Both the position numbers and the translations under genes were made by a program. The notes beneath the pieces are model-generated. The model was not told the origin of the DNA. It did not search any database and saw nothing but the letters and a program-made list of their open reading frames with translations. 64,000 nt of DNA from Eledone cirrhosa. Lineage: Eukaryota. Numbering within the stretch: position 1 is the stretch's first letter; the number at the start of each line of letters is the position of its first letter. Location of the stretch: contig OZ024740.1 in the NCBI GenBank assembly GCA_964016885.1, forward strand, positions 267,282,001-267,346,000, written 5' to 3'. Shown one piece after another: positions 13,295 through 24,957 of the stretch.

Positions 13295-13599
13295 ACTAGT
13301 GATGAAAGTACTCATTTATTGTATTATTTAGCTACTTCAAAATTTATTTTGTGATTTTATAGTGATTATAAATATATTTGCTTACTATTCTAAAGTGTTT
13401 ATTGTTGAAGTGCTATTTTACTATTTTAAAATAAAGTTATAGTGCAATAAGAATAAAAATACACAGGAGCCATATCAGTTCAGAGAAAATCGGTGAATCC
13501 AAATGATCAAATCATCAAGAAATCAAGCTGAACCTGAACTATAATCATTCATCAAACTGAAGGTGATAAGTATTAGCCTAGTGTTTGTACAGCTATGAA

Positions 13600-14440
13600 T
13601 TTACCTCTACCAATTGTAGTGATAAAAAAAAAAAAAAAATGTCACTGCAGAATATATATGCTAGAAGTGAATTATTTTTATGGTAAATTAGTGGAACAAA
13701 TAGAAAAATAATTGACATTGTGGGTGGAAAATGTAAACGAAGAAAACATTCCATTGAATCAAGATATCATATGTAATAAGGTAAAGTCTATTTTTATGAA
13801 CTGAAGGAGAAAGAAAGTAAAGATGAAATATATTTGGATAATAAGGACTGGTTTGAAGGTGATAAAAGTCATACTAAATGTTGTAGTGTTAAGATAATTG
13901 GTTAGGCAGCAAGTTCAGATATCTAAGGAGTTAAAGCATTCCCCACAGAATTCCAAGCCATTGTAGAGAATGGTGAATATTCTGGGGATCTTATTTTCAA
14001 TATAGATGAGACAGGGTTATATTGGAAGAGAATAATTTCAATGACCATTATGGTTATTGAAGAAAAGTCTTGACTAGAATTTAAAGTTGTCAAAAATGGA
14101 CTATACTATTGCTTAGTGGTAAATCTTTTAAGAACTCCGAACTTCAAGCTGATTTTAGTCTACCACTTCGAAACACCTACTGCATTGAAATAAATAAGTT
14201 ACAATTGCTTGTCTATTGGAAGATAAAGAAGAGACATGAGTCACACAGAAATTGTTTGTGGTATAGTACACAAAATTTTGCATTGAGAATAATTTTCCCC
14301 CCAAGGCTGTTCTTCTCACAGACAATGATTTTTCCCATTCTTCATTCACATCTTGAAGTTTCAATAAAGCTTAAAATAAACATAGTTTACTTGTTTTCAA
14401 ACCAGATCTGATTTGCAGTTGATAGACTATGGCGTAAAAG
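13600..14440 (+). pseudogene. Degraded Tigger/pogo-family transposase (CENP-B HTH + DDE_1 remnant)
   Basis: Readable motifs KDWFE, AASSD, FPTEFQAIVENGEY, IFNIDETGLYWKR, LQLIDYGV, with many stops and frameshifts. Confidence 0.8.
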
Positions 14441-15335
14441 GGGGCAAAGTTTTCATAGAGATATATGCAAGTATACAAAAAAAGGATGATCTACCTTTAA
14501 GATGTTAGGGTGAAATTTACAAGTGAATAAGCTGTTATTTCTAGCTCATTGAGCAATGTAGAGGATTCATTTTGGTTTGTAAATGTCTACTATTTTCCTC
14601 TAGAGAGTCTTCTTTTATAATATTAATGAAATAGATCCTTCCAGTTATCATTCAATCAAACTATGTTCACATATAGATTTCTGATTGTTCAGGTGTCCAG
14701 AATAGTAAAAGCAAATAATTGCAATCGTGTCATTAGGGACTAATGCATCTGCCTATCTTCTTATTCCAACTCTTATGCCAGATCCTACATTAAACCTTTT
14801 GCACATCAGTTCACCCAAAACAAAGAAGCAGCTCTTTGGAATGCCCTCTCCCCCAACTCTTACGACCAGTTTACATTTGTATTTGTCTCCAGATATAGAA
14901 AATTTTACAGTTATTTTCTCAAATTGACCATCAACCACATCTTTCCTACATGTCTGGTCAGAAATAACCTGCAAAAGTCATGGGGAGTCTGCTCCCCTCT
15001 CCTTCTTTTGTGCCTAATTAATAAAAAAAAACACACACACGCGCATACACACATGTACATACATATATAAAGCTACATGTGTATGTGCACATTTACACTT
15101 ATTTTAACTCCTACACATATCACTATAAATAGTCCCATACACATTCAGACTCTTTCTTTCTCCCTCTACCCCACCCCACACCCATACAATGAAAAATAAT
15201 TAACATTTGAAAAAAAAAAAAAAAGAGGGAAAAACATCAAATGTGGTAGCATAAGATGCTACCATGAATTTTTTTTTAATACCAAACCACTATTCATGCA
15301 TAAAAGCCTCATTAATTTTGAAAATTAAAATAAAT

Positions 15336-15540
15336 ATTTATTATCTGTCAGAAGCTAATTAGATATTTTCAAAGTCTTATCTTTAAAAAGTAACCATATA
15401 AAAATTTAAATTATTTATCAGAAACACAAAGATTTTCAAAGTCTCATCATAACAAGTAACTGTATAAAAATTTATTATTTATCCAAGAGAGAAATACTTT
15501 CAAAATATCATCTTTAACACAAGTAACCATATAAAATTAA
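15336..15540. repeat. Three diverged ~65-bp AT-rich tandem units
   Basis: Recurrent ttttcaaagtc(t/a)atc and aagtaac(c/t)(a/g)tataaaa. Confidence 0.7.
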
Positions 15541-16026
15541 AGGGAAAATTTAATTAAAAATTGAAGTATTTGCAGCATTAGTTTTTGCAGGTTCCCTCCA
15601 TTTCTGAAGAAAATGCTTTGCTTTTTACTTGATGTTTGTATAGTTTGTTCTAAATTATTATTTTCTTTTGAAATGGACTTTTGTTTTGTTTGTATACAGT
15701 ATGTTTTTGTTGTTGTAGTGGTTATTGTTGTAGTGTTGCTAAAGGCTGGTCGTAATTGAGAAGAATATTGGCATGCAGATAGTTGTTGGAATGGCTAATT
15801 GCAATCCTCAAATTCCAGAACTTCAGATATACCTTAACTCTGTATTGTTGAGACCAACAGAATATTCTTTGTGGTTACTTAACCTACAAGAAATAACAGC
15901 TTCAAACTTCACCCTACTGTCATAAAATGAGATGAATATACAGAATGGTCAATCAGTCCTGGATATATCTTAGAAAAGAAGACAGGATATTCATTGATAT
16001 AATTATAGTTATGTATTAGAAGTTTA

Positions 16027-16224
16027 TATGAGGGTAGGCTGAAAAGTTCATAGGCCAACTATGAAGGCATGATGCTAGAGTTGTGAAGTCAAGCATGCAT
16101 TAATTTCAACACTTATTAATAACTGCATTATCTCTTTTCAGGAACTATGCTGAAAAATAAACCTCATTTGGTCATTCCACGAGAGTACCTTGGTCAGCCT
16201 ATGAACTTTTCAGTCATCCTTATA
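16027..16224. mobile_element. Mariner-like MITE
   Basis: tatgagggtaggctgaaaagttcataggcc ... ggtcagcctatgaacttttcagtcatccttata. Confidence 0.85.
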
Positions 16225-16607
16225 ATAACATTGTGTGTTTGAACTGATGTGCGCATATAGTTAAATTGTTAAACGCAATTTTATTTAACAAGCCTCAACA
16301 CTTATATTGTACAGGATAATTATAGTGAACTAGTTAAATATAAAGATATTGATTTCTTTTGAATCTATTTCTTATGAAGTAGATGTTATAGTTATCTAAA
16401 TTAACCCCAAATGCAAGATTTTATATTAGAAAAGACAGGAACAAAACTAGCCACACTCTTATATATATATTTTTGCTTCAGTATAAGAACCATTTTTGTT
16501 TTCAGTGAAATATCTTTTAAAAAATAGTTTTAACATAACAGTATATTTATAAACGGAAAAAATGAAACAAAATTACATTTCCCACTCTTAGTACGGCTGT
16601 TACTTAA

Positions 16608-17276
16608 ATATAAGTATGTACACGTACATACATATATGTATACAGATGTACAGTAGTATGTATATATATATACACACATGCCCACATATATACATGTACG
16701 TATGGATTCACCGAACATTTATTATAATGCTCGGTGTGTTTGTAAACAAACATCCCGTATTAAGCCGCAGTGTCCAGCAACCATCGCTGCTCGCTTGTTC
16801 AACACTGACAAAGGAACGCTGTACTAGTTTCAAGCTCATTAGCTATCGTCAGCAACGTAAACCTTCCTGCCAGATTGTTGAACATATATACTTACCTTAT
16901 GCATATTAACGGCTGAGTAGCCCAATTTGCATATCGATATGCAAATTGGGCTACTCATCTCATTTTATGACAATAGGGTGAAGTTTGAAGCTGTTATTTC
17001 TTGTAGGTTAAGTAACCACAAAGAATATTCTGTTGGTCTCAACAATACAGAGTTAAGGTATATCTGAAGTTCTGGAATTTGTCAGTGTTGAACAAGCGAG
17101 CAGCGATGGTTGCTGGACACTGCGGCTTAAGACGGGATGTTTGTTTACAAACACACCGAGCATTATAATAAATGTTTGGTGAATCCATACGTACATGTAT
17201 TTATGTGTGCATGTGTGTATATATATACTACTTTACGTCTGTATACATATATGTATGTACGTGTACATACTTATAT
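16608..17276. mobile_element. Foldback / long inverted-repeat element
   Basis: 16608-16812 is a near-perfect reverse complement of 17078-17276; central perfect 44-bp palindrome at 16914-16957. Confidence 0.85.
16955..17081 (-). repeat. Inverted copy of 15809-15935
   Basis: 127 bp with one mismatch by eye; microhomologies TCA and TTTG at the two junctions. Confidence 0.9.
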
Positions 17277-17421
17277 AGTATATTTATATATAACTGATAT
17301 CTATGATACTGGCTTCACTTAATACACCTTAAATGATCATAAACAAAGCTGCAAAATTTGGTTATTTGAAATCAAAACAATGAGACACCACAGCAAGTAT
17401 AACAAAATATTAAACACACAT

Positions 17422-17458
<37 letters not shown>

Positions 17459-17969
17459 GAGAAGAGAGGAGGGAGAATGGTCAGTTTTAATTTTGGTTGC
17501 AGCAGAGTTATTGGAATAGACTACAGGTAACAGATTAATGCTACTTTTCAAGATTGCATACATTTCTTTTATATGAGCTACATATTACTTTTTGGGCCAC
17601 TTAACATTTTTCCTTGGAGTGGGTATAGTTTGATCCACTTAAAATTTATTTATTTATTTATTTTGGGGGGAAGTGGTTAAAATCTGCTACTTTTCTATAT
17701 TATTTTAGAAATTATATTAATGATATCTTTGGTCGATCAGTAAAATTTATAGACAAATCATGACTAGGTGTGAATTGAAGGATACTGACTGCTACTTCTA
17801 ACATGTGGAGTGATTCCATAGAGATTTCCTGGTATAATAAAGAGAAGCAAAACTTGTTGGCAACAGTTACTTGGTCATATGTCAGAGGTCTATGCAATCA
17901 TTGAGCTTAAGGTGCATATTCTACTTTGACAAAGTGAAAGTTGTACCGTATTCTCTAAGATTGTCAAAG

Positions 17970-18343
17970 TATGGCATCCAGCCATAGAAAGCTTACCAAA
18001 CAAAGGACTTGGAGGACTCCTCAGTCATGTCAAGGACATGACAGCCTTCCTGGTGTTGGTGATCTGCACAATAAATGCACCCAGTACATGTTGTAAAGTG
18101 GTTGGACATCCAGCCATAGAAATCTTGCCAAACAAAGGGTTGGGAGGACTCTTCAGTTGTGTCAAAAATATGAAAACCGCTCCTGTGCACTCAGTAGAAT
18201 ATGAGACTGTACATAAGTGAGACATAGTTACCTGGCCTGTCTGGGAGATCAGTAGCCATGCTTCAGTACTGACTTAGTCTATGCAGACCCATCGAACTCT
18301 TGCTAGCAGGGATAGCAGACATTAAATGATGATCATAATGATG
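17970..18343 (+). mobile_element. Non-autonomous RTE-tailed element with internal dimer
   Basis: catccagccatagaaa...ggaggactc unit twice, ending cagacattaaatgatgat; related pieces at 11615-11848, 50878-51130 and 61445-61550. Confidence 0.6.
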
Positions 18344-18877
18344 TCAAAATCTGATCAAGTTGAATTTTAAAAAAAAAAAAAATCTTAAATTTCTCAAACT
18401 AGACCCATTTATTCAATGAGTAAGAAATTAAAGTATAGTAAAAAGATAAAAAGAAAACCTGGGTAACTGATCCACATTTTCAAAAAATGTGTGAGAAATA
18501 ATATACAACAGTAATCAAGCTTTTTTATTACTTAGTGAGAAGAAATGACAATGCATATGTCCTTTTTCAGCATCTCTGAGACTGGTAGAATGAAAGGAGA
18601 TATCCAAAGCTTTGGCCCCAAATTCTCAGAGTGGACACAAAATACTTAAAATCTGACTTAACTAAGCATACTTCTTCAGCTAAATAGCATAACAAACAAT
18701 GGAGCTGTAATTAAGAGAAATTTGCAGCAAACTATAAAAAGAACAAAATTAGAACATATCATACATATACATATATATATGTACACACACACACACGTAT
18801 GTATGTATATATATGTATATATATATATGTATGTATATATATATATGTATGTATATATATATGTATGTGTATATATA

Positions 18878-18908
<31 letters not shown>

Positions 18909-18919
<11 letters not shown>

Positions 18920-19049
18920 GCGGAGCAAGCGGTTATCAAACAATTCTCTAAATAAATTAAAAAACGATTTAGAACAGGTGATTATTTAAATCGTTTTTTA
19001 ATTTATTTAGAGAATTGTTTGATAACCGCTTGCTCCGCTATTTTTATAT
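18909..19049. repeat. Perfect 63-bp inverted repeat with 15-nt loop
   Basis: Arms 18909-18971 and 18987-19049 are exact reverse complements; loop gaacaggtgattatt; lies in a short insert between (TA)-rich tracts. Confidence 0.95.
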
Positions 19050-19146
19050 TGTTCTGGTATCCCAAATTAGTACCATCGAACCACAAATATTATAAACACC
19101 TTGAATATTTCTACAAGTACATAGTGCCTGTTGAAGTATTCATCCA

Positions 19147-19251
<105 letters not shown>

Positions 19252-19492
19252 GTGTTTATAAATATATATATGTATGTGCGTATGTATTAATATATATATG
19301 TATGTGTGTATATATATATATATGTGTGTGTGTATGTCTGTATATATATATATATTTATAATAGCAAATTAATAACAAAAAACAATGAAGAAAGAACACA
19401 AAGTTATTAAACCCATAAAAAACACTATTGATTAGTTATCAATTAGCTTGAGCTTAGCATTCAAAATAATTAAAAAGAATGTATGATCTTAC

Positions 19493-20294
19493 CTAGTGAT
19501 TGCTATATCAGCTTTCTGTAATGCTATCTGTGCAGCTCTTTGTGCAGAAACAAGTGCATTATCCACACGCTCGCGTAGTTTAGAGGTCCGTATCAAAAAA
19601 AGTTTATTTTTCTTCCCAGAAGATATCAAAATATTATTTTTATATTTTCCTTCTTCCCTGGCGCCATCTTTAAAAGTGGTGACACCATATCCATATTTTT
19701 TGTTATTATACCATTCCCCTTCATACTTGAGGCCATCTGATCGCTCACTGATACCGAAACCAGACCGTTTGTCATTCTTCCACTCCCCCATATAGCTTTC
19801 TGTTACATTGATGTCTGTGATATCGTCCTGACTCACAAAGCTTAGATTGCTATCTGTGTACATCGATGTGTTGGTCATTCCAGACTGTGTGGAGTCAGCA
19901 CTTACATGGCTAATGTTGCTGATGGTGCTACGAACGGATCCGCTTTGACGCTTCGGAGAATCATTTATATCACCAGTACTTTTCTGTTTTTTCAGTTTTA
20001 GGCCAGACATGAGAGTCTTGCGCAAACTGTATTTACCTTGCTTGTCAAAGATGGAACGTCGAGGCTGAGTTGGAGTTTCATCGCTGCGAGCTTTCAACAC
20101 GAACCCGCCACGGCTCTCGTCGAGCTTACGATCCCGGTTTTTGACAACCTGCTCATCTTCGTTCTCACTTCTTAAGGACGTTAGGGATGCTCGTAAGGCC
20201 TTGGGACGGTAATGTGAGGCCAGGCCATAAGGTACGCTCTGCCTCACACCATAACCATGCCGAGTGCCTCTTTGCCATTGGCCTTGATATGTAC
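19493..20294 (-). CDS. JPH: Junctophilin internal coding exon (equivalent to vertebrate JPH exon 2): a MORN repeat, joining region, last two MORN repeats, start of alpha-helical domain
   Basis: Translation (G)TYQGQWQRGTRHGYGVRQSVPYG...SRGGFVL...TESYMGEWKNDKRSGFGISERSDGLKYEGEWYNNKKYGYGVTTFKDG...AQRAAQIALQKADIAITR matches junctophilin hallmarks. Acceptor poly-T+CAG|GT at 20295/20294, donor AG|GTAAGA at 19493/19492. Length 802 = 2+266x3+2 (phase 1 to phase 2). Confidence 0.96.
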
Positions 20295-20324
20295 CTGAAA
20301 AAAAAAAACATAGAAAGTTAGTAG
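20295..20324 (-). promoter_or_regulatory. Branch point, polypyrimidine tract and 3' splice site of the junctophilin exon
   Basis: Minus strand reads CTACTAAC-TTTCTATG-poly T-CAG; perfect TACTAAC about 20 nt before the AG. Confidence 0.85.
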
Positions 20325-22059
20325 ATGTTAATTTTTACCTGACAAATGAAATAATTATCATTCAGCCTTAAGGCATAAGGTTATGAAGAATTAGAAGAAA
20401 TAAGTAAATGTCACCTTAACGATAAAAGTGTTTTGAAGGCCAACGTTTAAAACCCTGGAGCAGATGAGATAGAAATCTTCCTTTGTATATGATATGAGCC
20501 TACTGCAAGTTATAATGGTTCTGTCATTACCTCTTTACAAGAACAGCTATGACAATAATAATAATAATTGTTTCTACTTTAGGCACAAGGTCAGCAATTT
20601 GAAGGGGAGGGGAAAGTCGATTAAATCACCCTGACTGTATTACTGCTACCGGAGCCTTGACACCCACATACTTTAATCTGTCTGTAATAGATGTGGTTGT
20701 TTTGGAGATAATGGAGTAGTCACAACACAGGAGAGAGAGAATGAGAGGGAGAGGTGGGGGAGAGACTGCTTGACTGGTCCTTTATTTAATTAAGTATAGA
20801 TGTAAATGTAGTTGGCATTAGGAAAGGCATCCAGCCGTAGAAAACCAGCCAGAAACACCCCTATATGAGCATGACACAGTCACCTGTCTAACCCATGCTA
20901 GCGTGGAATATGGATGTTAATCGATGAGGATAATGATGGATGAAAGGCAAAGTTGATCTCAGCAGGATTTGAACTCAAAACAGAAAGAGCTGGAACAAAC
21001 ATTCTCTGATGATTCTGCCAATCAACTGTTCTCTATTGCAAGCAATACCTTTAAATAATATAATTATTCTTTAACCCTTTAGCATTTACATTACTCTATA
21101 TTTACTATTGTATTATCACAGTAAATACTTTATTTCACATATTATTTATTTTGAGAGCAATACCTTAACATAAGTTTGAACAGAAAGAGAGAGATAATTC
21201 TGACTGGATACCACAAAATTAAACAATATTGCCAAAATACATAACGAAATGCCTACACTAGATTTGAATTGAATACCTATTTGGCTATTTAACTTTCATA
21301 CATAGGTGTATACTTGTAGATAGTTATTTATTTCTTCAAGAAGCAAAATATGAGGCATATTAATTTACTGTGATGAAATAAAAATAAAAATCATCAAAAA
21401 TTTAAAAGATGAAGGAATCTACATGAAATGTTTGATATTTTGTCTCAGTATTAATGTGATATTTTGTTACACAGTAACATATCACATTGTGTTCTTTTTG
21501 TTTTTTTGTTTTATTATTATTGAATTGATTTGATTCATGCAATACTTTCATTTGAGTTTCAGTAACTATGTTTATGTATGTCTTTGAGTAAACTAACTTT
21601 TAGTTAACTGCAAAAATACTTTGACTGCAAGTGAAGCTCTTTTGTCAATAAAGATATAAAAGCCATTCATAATAAAGTGTGTTATATTTCCAATTTTAAA
21701 ATTTCATTTTTACAAGTAATGACATAATATCTGACCTCTCATCCAACTCATTCAAATGGTGATGAATGAAATTAGGTATGTATCATTTTGTTTAACCTTT
21801 TATATGTCTACCAGTGTACATGTTCAATTCCACTAAAATATGGCAACGTATGGAATTGATAGTTTGTTAAGTCCTTATTATTAGATTGTTTTTAATGTCT
21901 GAGTGTTTAGATATATTTTTTCTTTGTCTTATCTCAATTAATAATAATGAACATATTTATAATGATTGAAATTACTACTTCTTCAGTGATAATCACTAAT
22001 TTATTCACAAAATAACAAAATAATGTGCATCCTCAATAAGTTGTATTTAACATTATTTG

Positions 22060-22410
22060 TAATCCAATATAATAATAAGGCTTCTGCATACTACTTGTAC
22101 CATGTAACCCAGTACAACCTGCTTCATGGTCGTGTGGTCAGCAACTAAACTGGCTCCCCCACCAGACCCTGGAAACTCAGCAGCACAAGAACAAGAACTA
22201 TTTTTAAAAAAAGGGCTCCTGATGAACTCCTCAGAGTCAATGGTCATCTACCCCAACTATGAGTTAAATAGCCTCACCAACCTGCAATTGGTAAAGCTTG
22301 GTGAGCATGGCTACCCTATTAACAATGACCAAAAGCAAACAGAAAGCAGTGAAGGTCATCCAGGAGGGTTTCCTCTAACAGGAGTGAAAAGGCCATGGAT
22401 TGGATTGGAT
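22060..22410 (+). mobile_element. Short RTE derivative (probable 5'UTR-like part joined to an RTE 3' end)
   Basis: End gaaagcagtgaaggtcatccaggagggtttcctctaacaggagtgaaaaggccatggattggat is homologous to the minus-strand RTE 3' end at 46870-47030. Confidence 0.45.
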
Positions 22411-23260
22411 AATAATGTAACAGTGATAGAATATTTGTATATCAATTTTTTTGTCTGTAACTTTTGAATATGATAAAATGCTACACACCATCTTTACCAT
22501 GGTGTAAACATTAATTTCTCTGATAATTCCATATAAAATGGCTATATAAAATGGCTATATTAATTTTGGGATGCATCTTACATTAATTTGGTAAGTAAGT
22601 CTAATCTCATTAGCCATTGTTGAATCAACAATATATAGTTGAGAAAATTGTCTTTCATGTCTTTATGTTGAGTGCATATTCAAAGTGGGGAAACTGTTTC
22701 TCAAATATTATTTTACTTCCCTTCTATTCATTACCAAATAGTCTTGTTAATCTTCAAGAACTATGTGCAGGAATTCATGCATACACACAGAGACAGACAT
22801 ACAGACATAAACATTCTCAAATAGTGCTTTTTATTTAAATTTCCATGAAACAAAAACTTTCACTTTTGACATTGTAATGTCTCTGTTTTATTTTCTCTCT
22901 TTTCACACTTTATCTCTCCCTTTTCACTCCTTTTCAGTCCCTCTCTCTTATCACTTCTTTATACTGGAACTTTACAAAGTATTAATATAGACATACACTG
23001 GCACATTTTGTAAAGTCTTGAGTTATGTTATTATTCTTTCATTTTTTACTCTCTCTTTGAAGTGAATCTTAATAATGTAAAATATAAGGTCAATTTCATT
23101 TCATCAAAAGAATTTGTACTAAACTTCTGTGGGCTATGCGTATTTATGTATGTATAAATTTATGTATGTATGTCTTTATGTATGTAATTATCTATAATGT
23201 GTTTATATATGTATGTGTAAGTATATATATATAACCATACATGCTCTCACATACACTGTT

Positions 23261-23307
<47 letters not shown>

Positions 23308-23895
23308 AAGAATATCTTAAAAGTTTGGTACAAATTCTTTTAATTAAATCTTTTGATAAAATCATTTGATGAAACATAGGGACATCAAAAATAAAATGCT
23401 GTGTTGTCAGAATGTTAGAGACAAAAATGAAAATATCTTCAAATATATCAAAGTATAACTATAATGGATAAGCACTAAATTATGATGGCATTTATTTATA
23501 AAGATCTTTGAATGCTCAACTAACCCATAACGCCTTCATTCAAATAACCAGCACTACTGAATATTTGTTGTTTCATAAAGTCTCAAATTTTCATTCATAA
23601 GAGATATGATGAATAAAAGGGAAAGGAAACCATTACAATGTGAACAAGGTACATAACTGTGCTTTCTTCATTTGGCTGACTGACATAAGTCAAGTTCTAT
23701 TTCCATTGCATGGCTGAGCAGGTCACTTGAAACACTGACGAAAGGTGATCTACACAGTTGCTTAGCCTGATAGAAATAGAATTTAAATCTACTCTCAGAA
23801 TTTATAGAACCAAATGAAATACCAAACAAAAGGTACTTTTTCTAATGCTCTAATGATTCTGTCATTGCCTTTTTACAAGAACAGCTATGACAATA

Positions 23896-24393
23896 ATAAT
23901 AATAATTGTTTCTACTTTAGGCACAAGGCCAGCAATTTGAAGGGGGGGGGGGGGGAGTTGATTAAATCAACCTGAATGCATTACTGGCACTTTATTTTAT
24001 CGACCCCTTAAGGATGAAAGGCAAAGGTAACCTCGGCGGGATTTGAACTCAGATCATAAAGGGGTCCGACCCTCTTCCGATACTGCCAATCCATCACTCC
24101 AAATAACAATAATAATAATTGTTTCTACTTTTGGCACAAGGCCAGCAATTACCCAGTGCATTGCTGGTACATTGCTGGTACTTTATTTTATCGACCCCGT
24201 AAGGATGAAAGGCAAAGTTATTCTCGATGGGATTCGAACTCAGAATGGCAAGGGCTGTAACTCTATGTGTCAAAGCATGATGTTCGACCCTCTACCGATA
24301 CTGCCAAGTAATAATTGTTTCTACTTTATGCACAAGGCCAGCAATTACCCAGTGCATTACTGGTACTTTATTTTATCGACCCCATAAGGATGA
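23896..24393 (-). mobile_element. Head-to-tail cluster of three main-family SINE copies
   Basis: aataattgtttctacttt restarts at ~23900, 24115 and 24310. Confidence 0.85.
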
Positions 24394-24669
24394 AAGCTGA
24401 TGACTCAGAAACAACAATATTAACATTGATAATAATAGTAATAATTATGATAATAACTCAATTGAAAGTGCATGAGAATAATATAGTAGTATGATAGAAT
24501 CTGAAGACATCCTAATTATTATGAATCTAAACATAAAAAATATGAAGGCATTTACATTTTTACAGAAACCAGGAAAGTTAGATTATTTAATATCATTGAT
24601 GTTAGTTACAATATGAAAGGATAGAATTGACAGTAAGTAAAAATAAACATCAAGACATATTAGACAATT

Positions 24670-24957
24670 TTTCTGAACATATGTTTCGGGTGCTGAATGA
24701 AGTCTCGAGTAACGAACATGAAAGCTGGCAACAACAGTTGCTGAAAAACTGGGAGTGACGGCGGGGAAAGGGTCACTTGCTGTGAAGTTAGTTACTATGG
24801 TGATGTCTATCTGTCTTTCACATACTGTCTCTCTCTCTCACTGCATTTTTCTCTCAACATTTCGTATGGGAAAAATGATTTAAGTTTATGTACATTTTGG
24901 GTGATTAACTGCCTTCAGGAAATGAATTAAGTTTGTGAACCGAGGTTCCACGGTATA
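24670..24957. mobile_element. Tc1/pogo-type MITE remnant
   Basis: End aaccgaggttccacggta (rc TA-CCGTGGAACCTCGG) resembles Tigger-like TIRs; left TIR not identified. Confidence 0.4.

Noticed and set aside
19496-19795. 99-aa plus-strand ORF
   Set aside because: Antisense shadow of the junctophilin exon.
21071-21145. TTAA-CCCTTTAGCATT piggyBac-like terminus (also AAGGG-TTAA at 10506-10514)
   Set aside because: No matching opposite terminus nearby; too short to support an element.
22219-22245. CTGATGA followed by a 4-bp stem (hammerhead-like)
   Set aside because: CAAT follows instead of GAAA and no stems I/III are evident.
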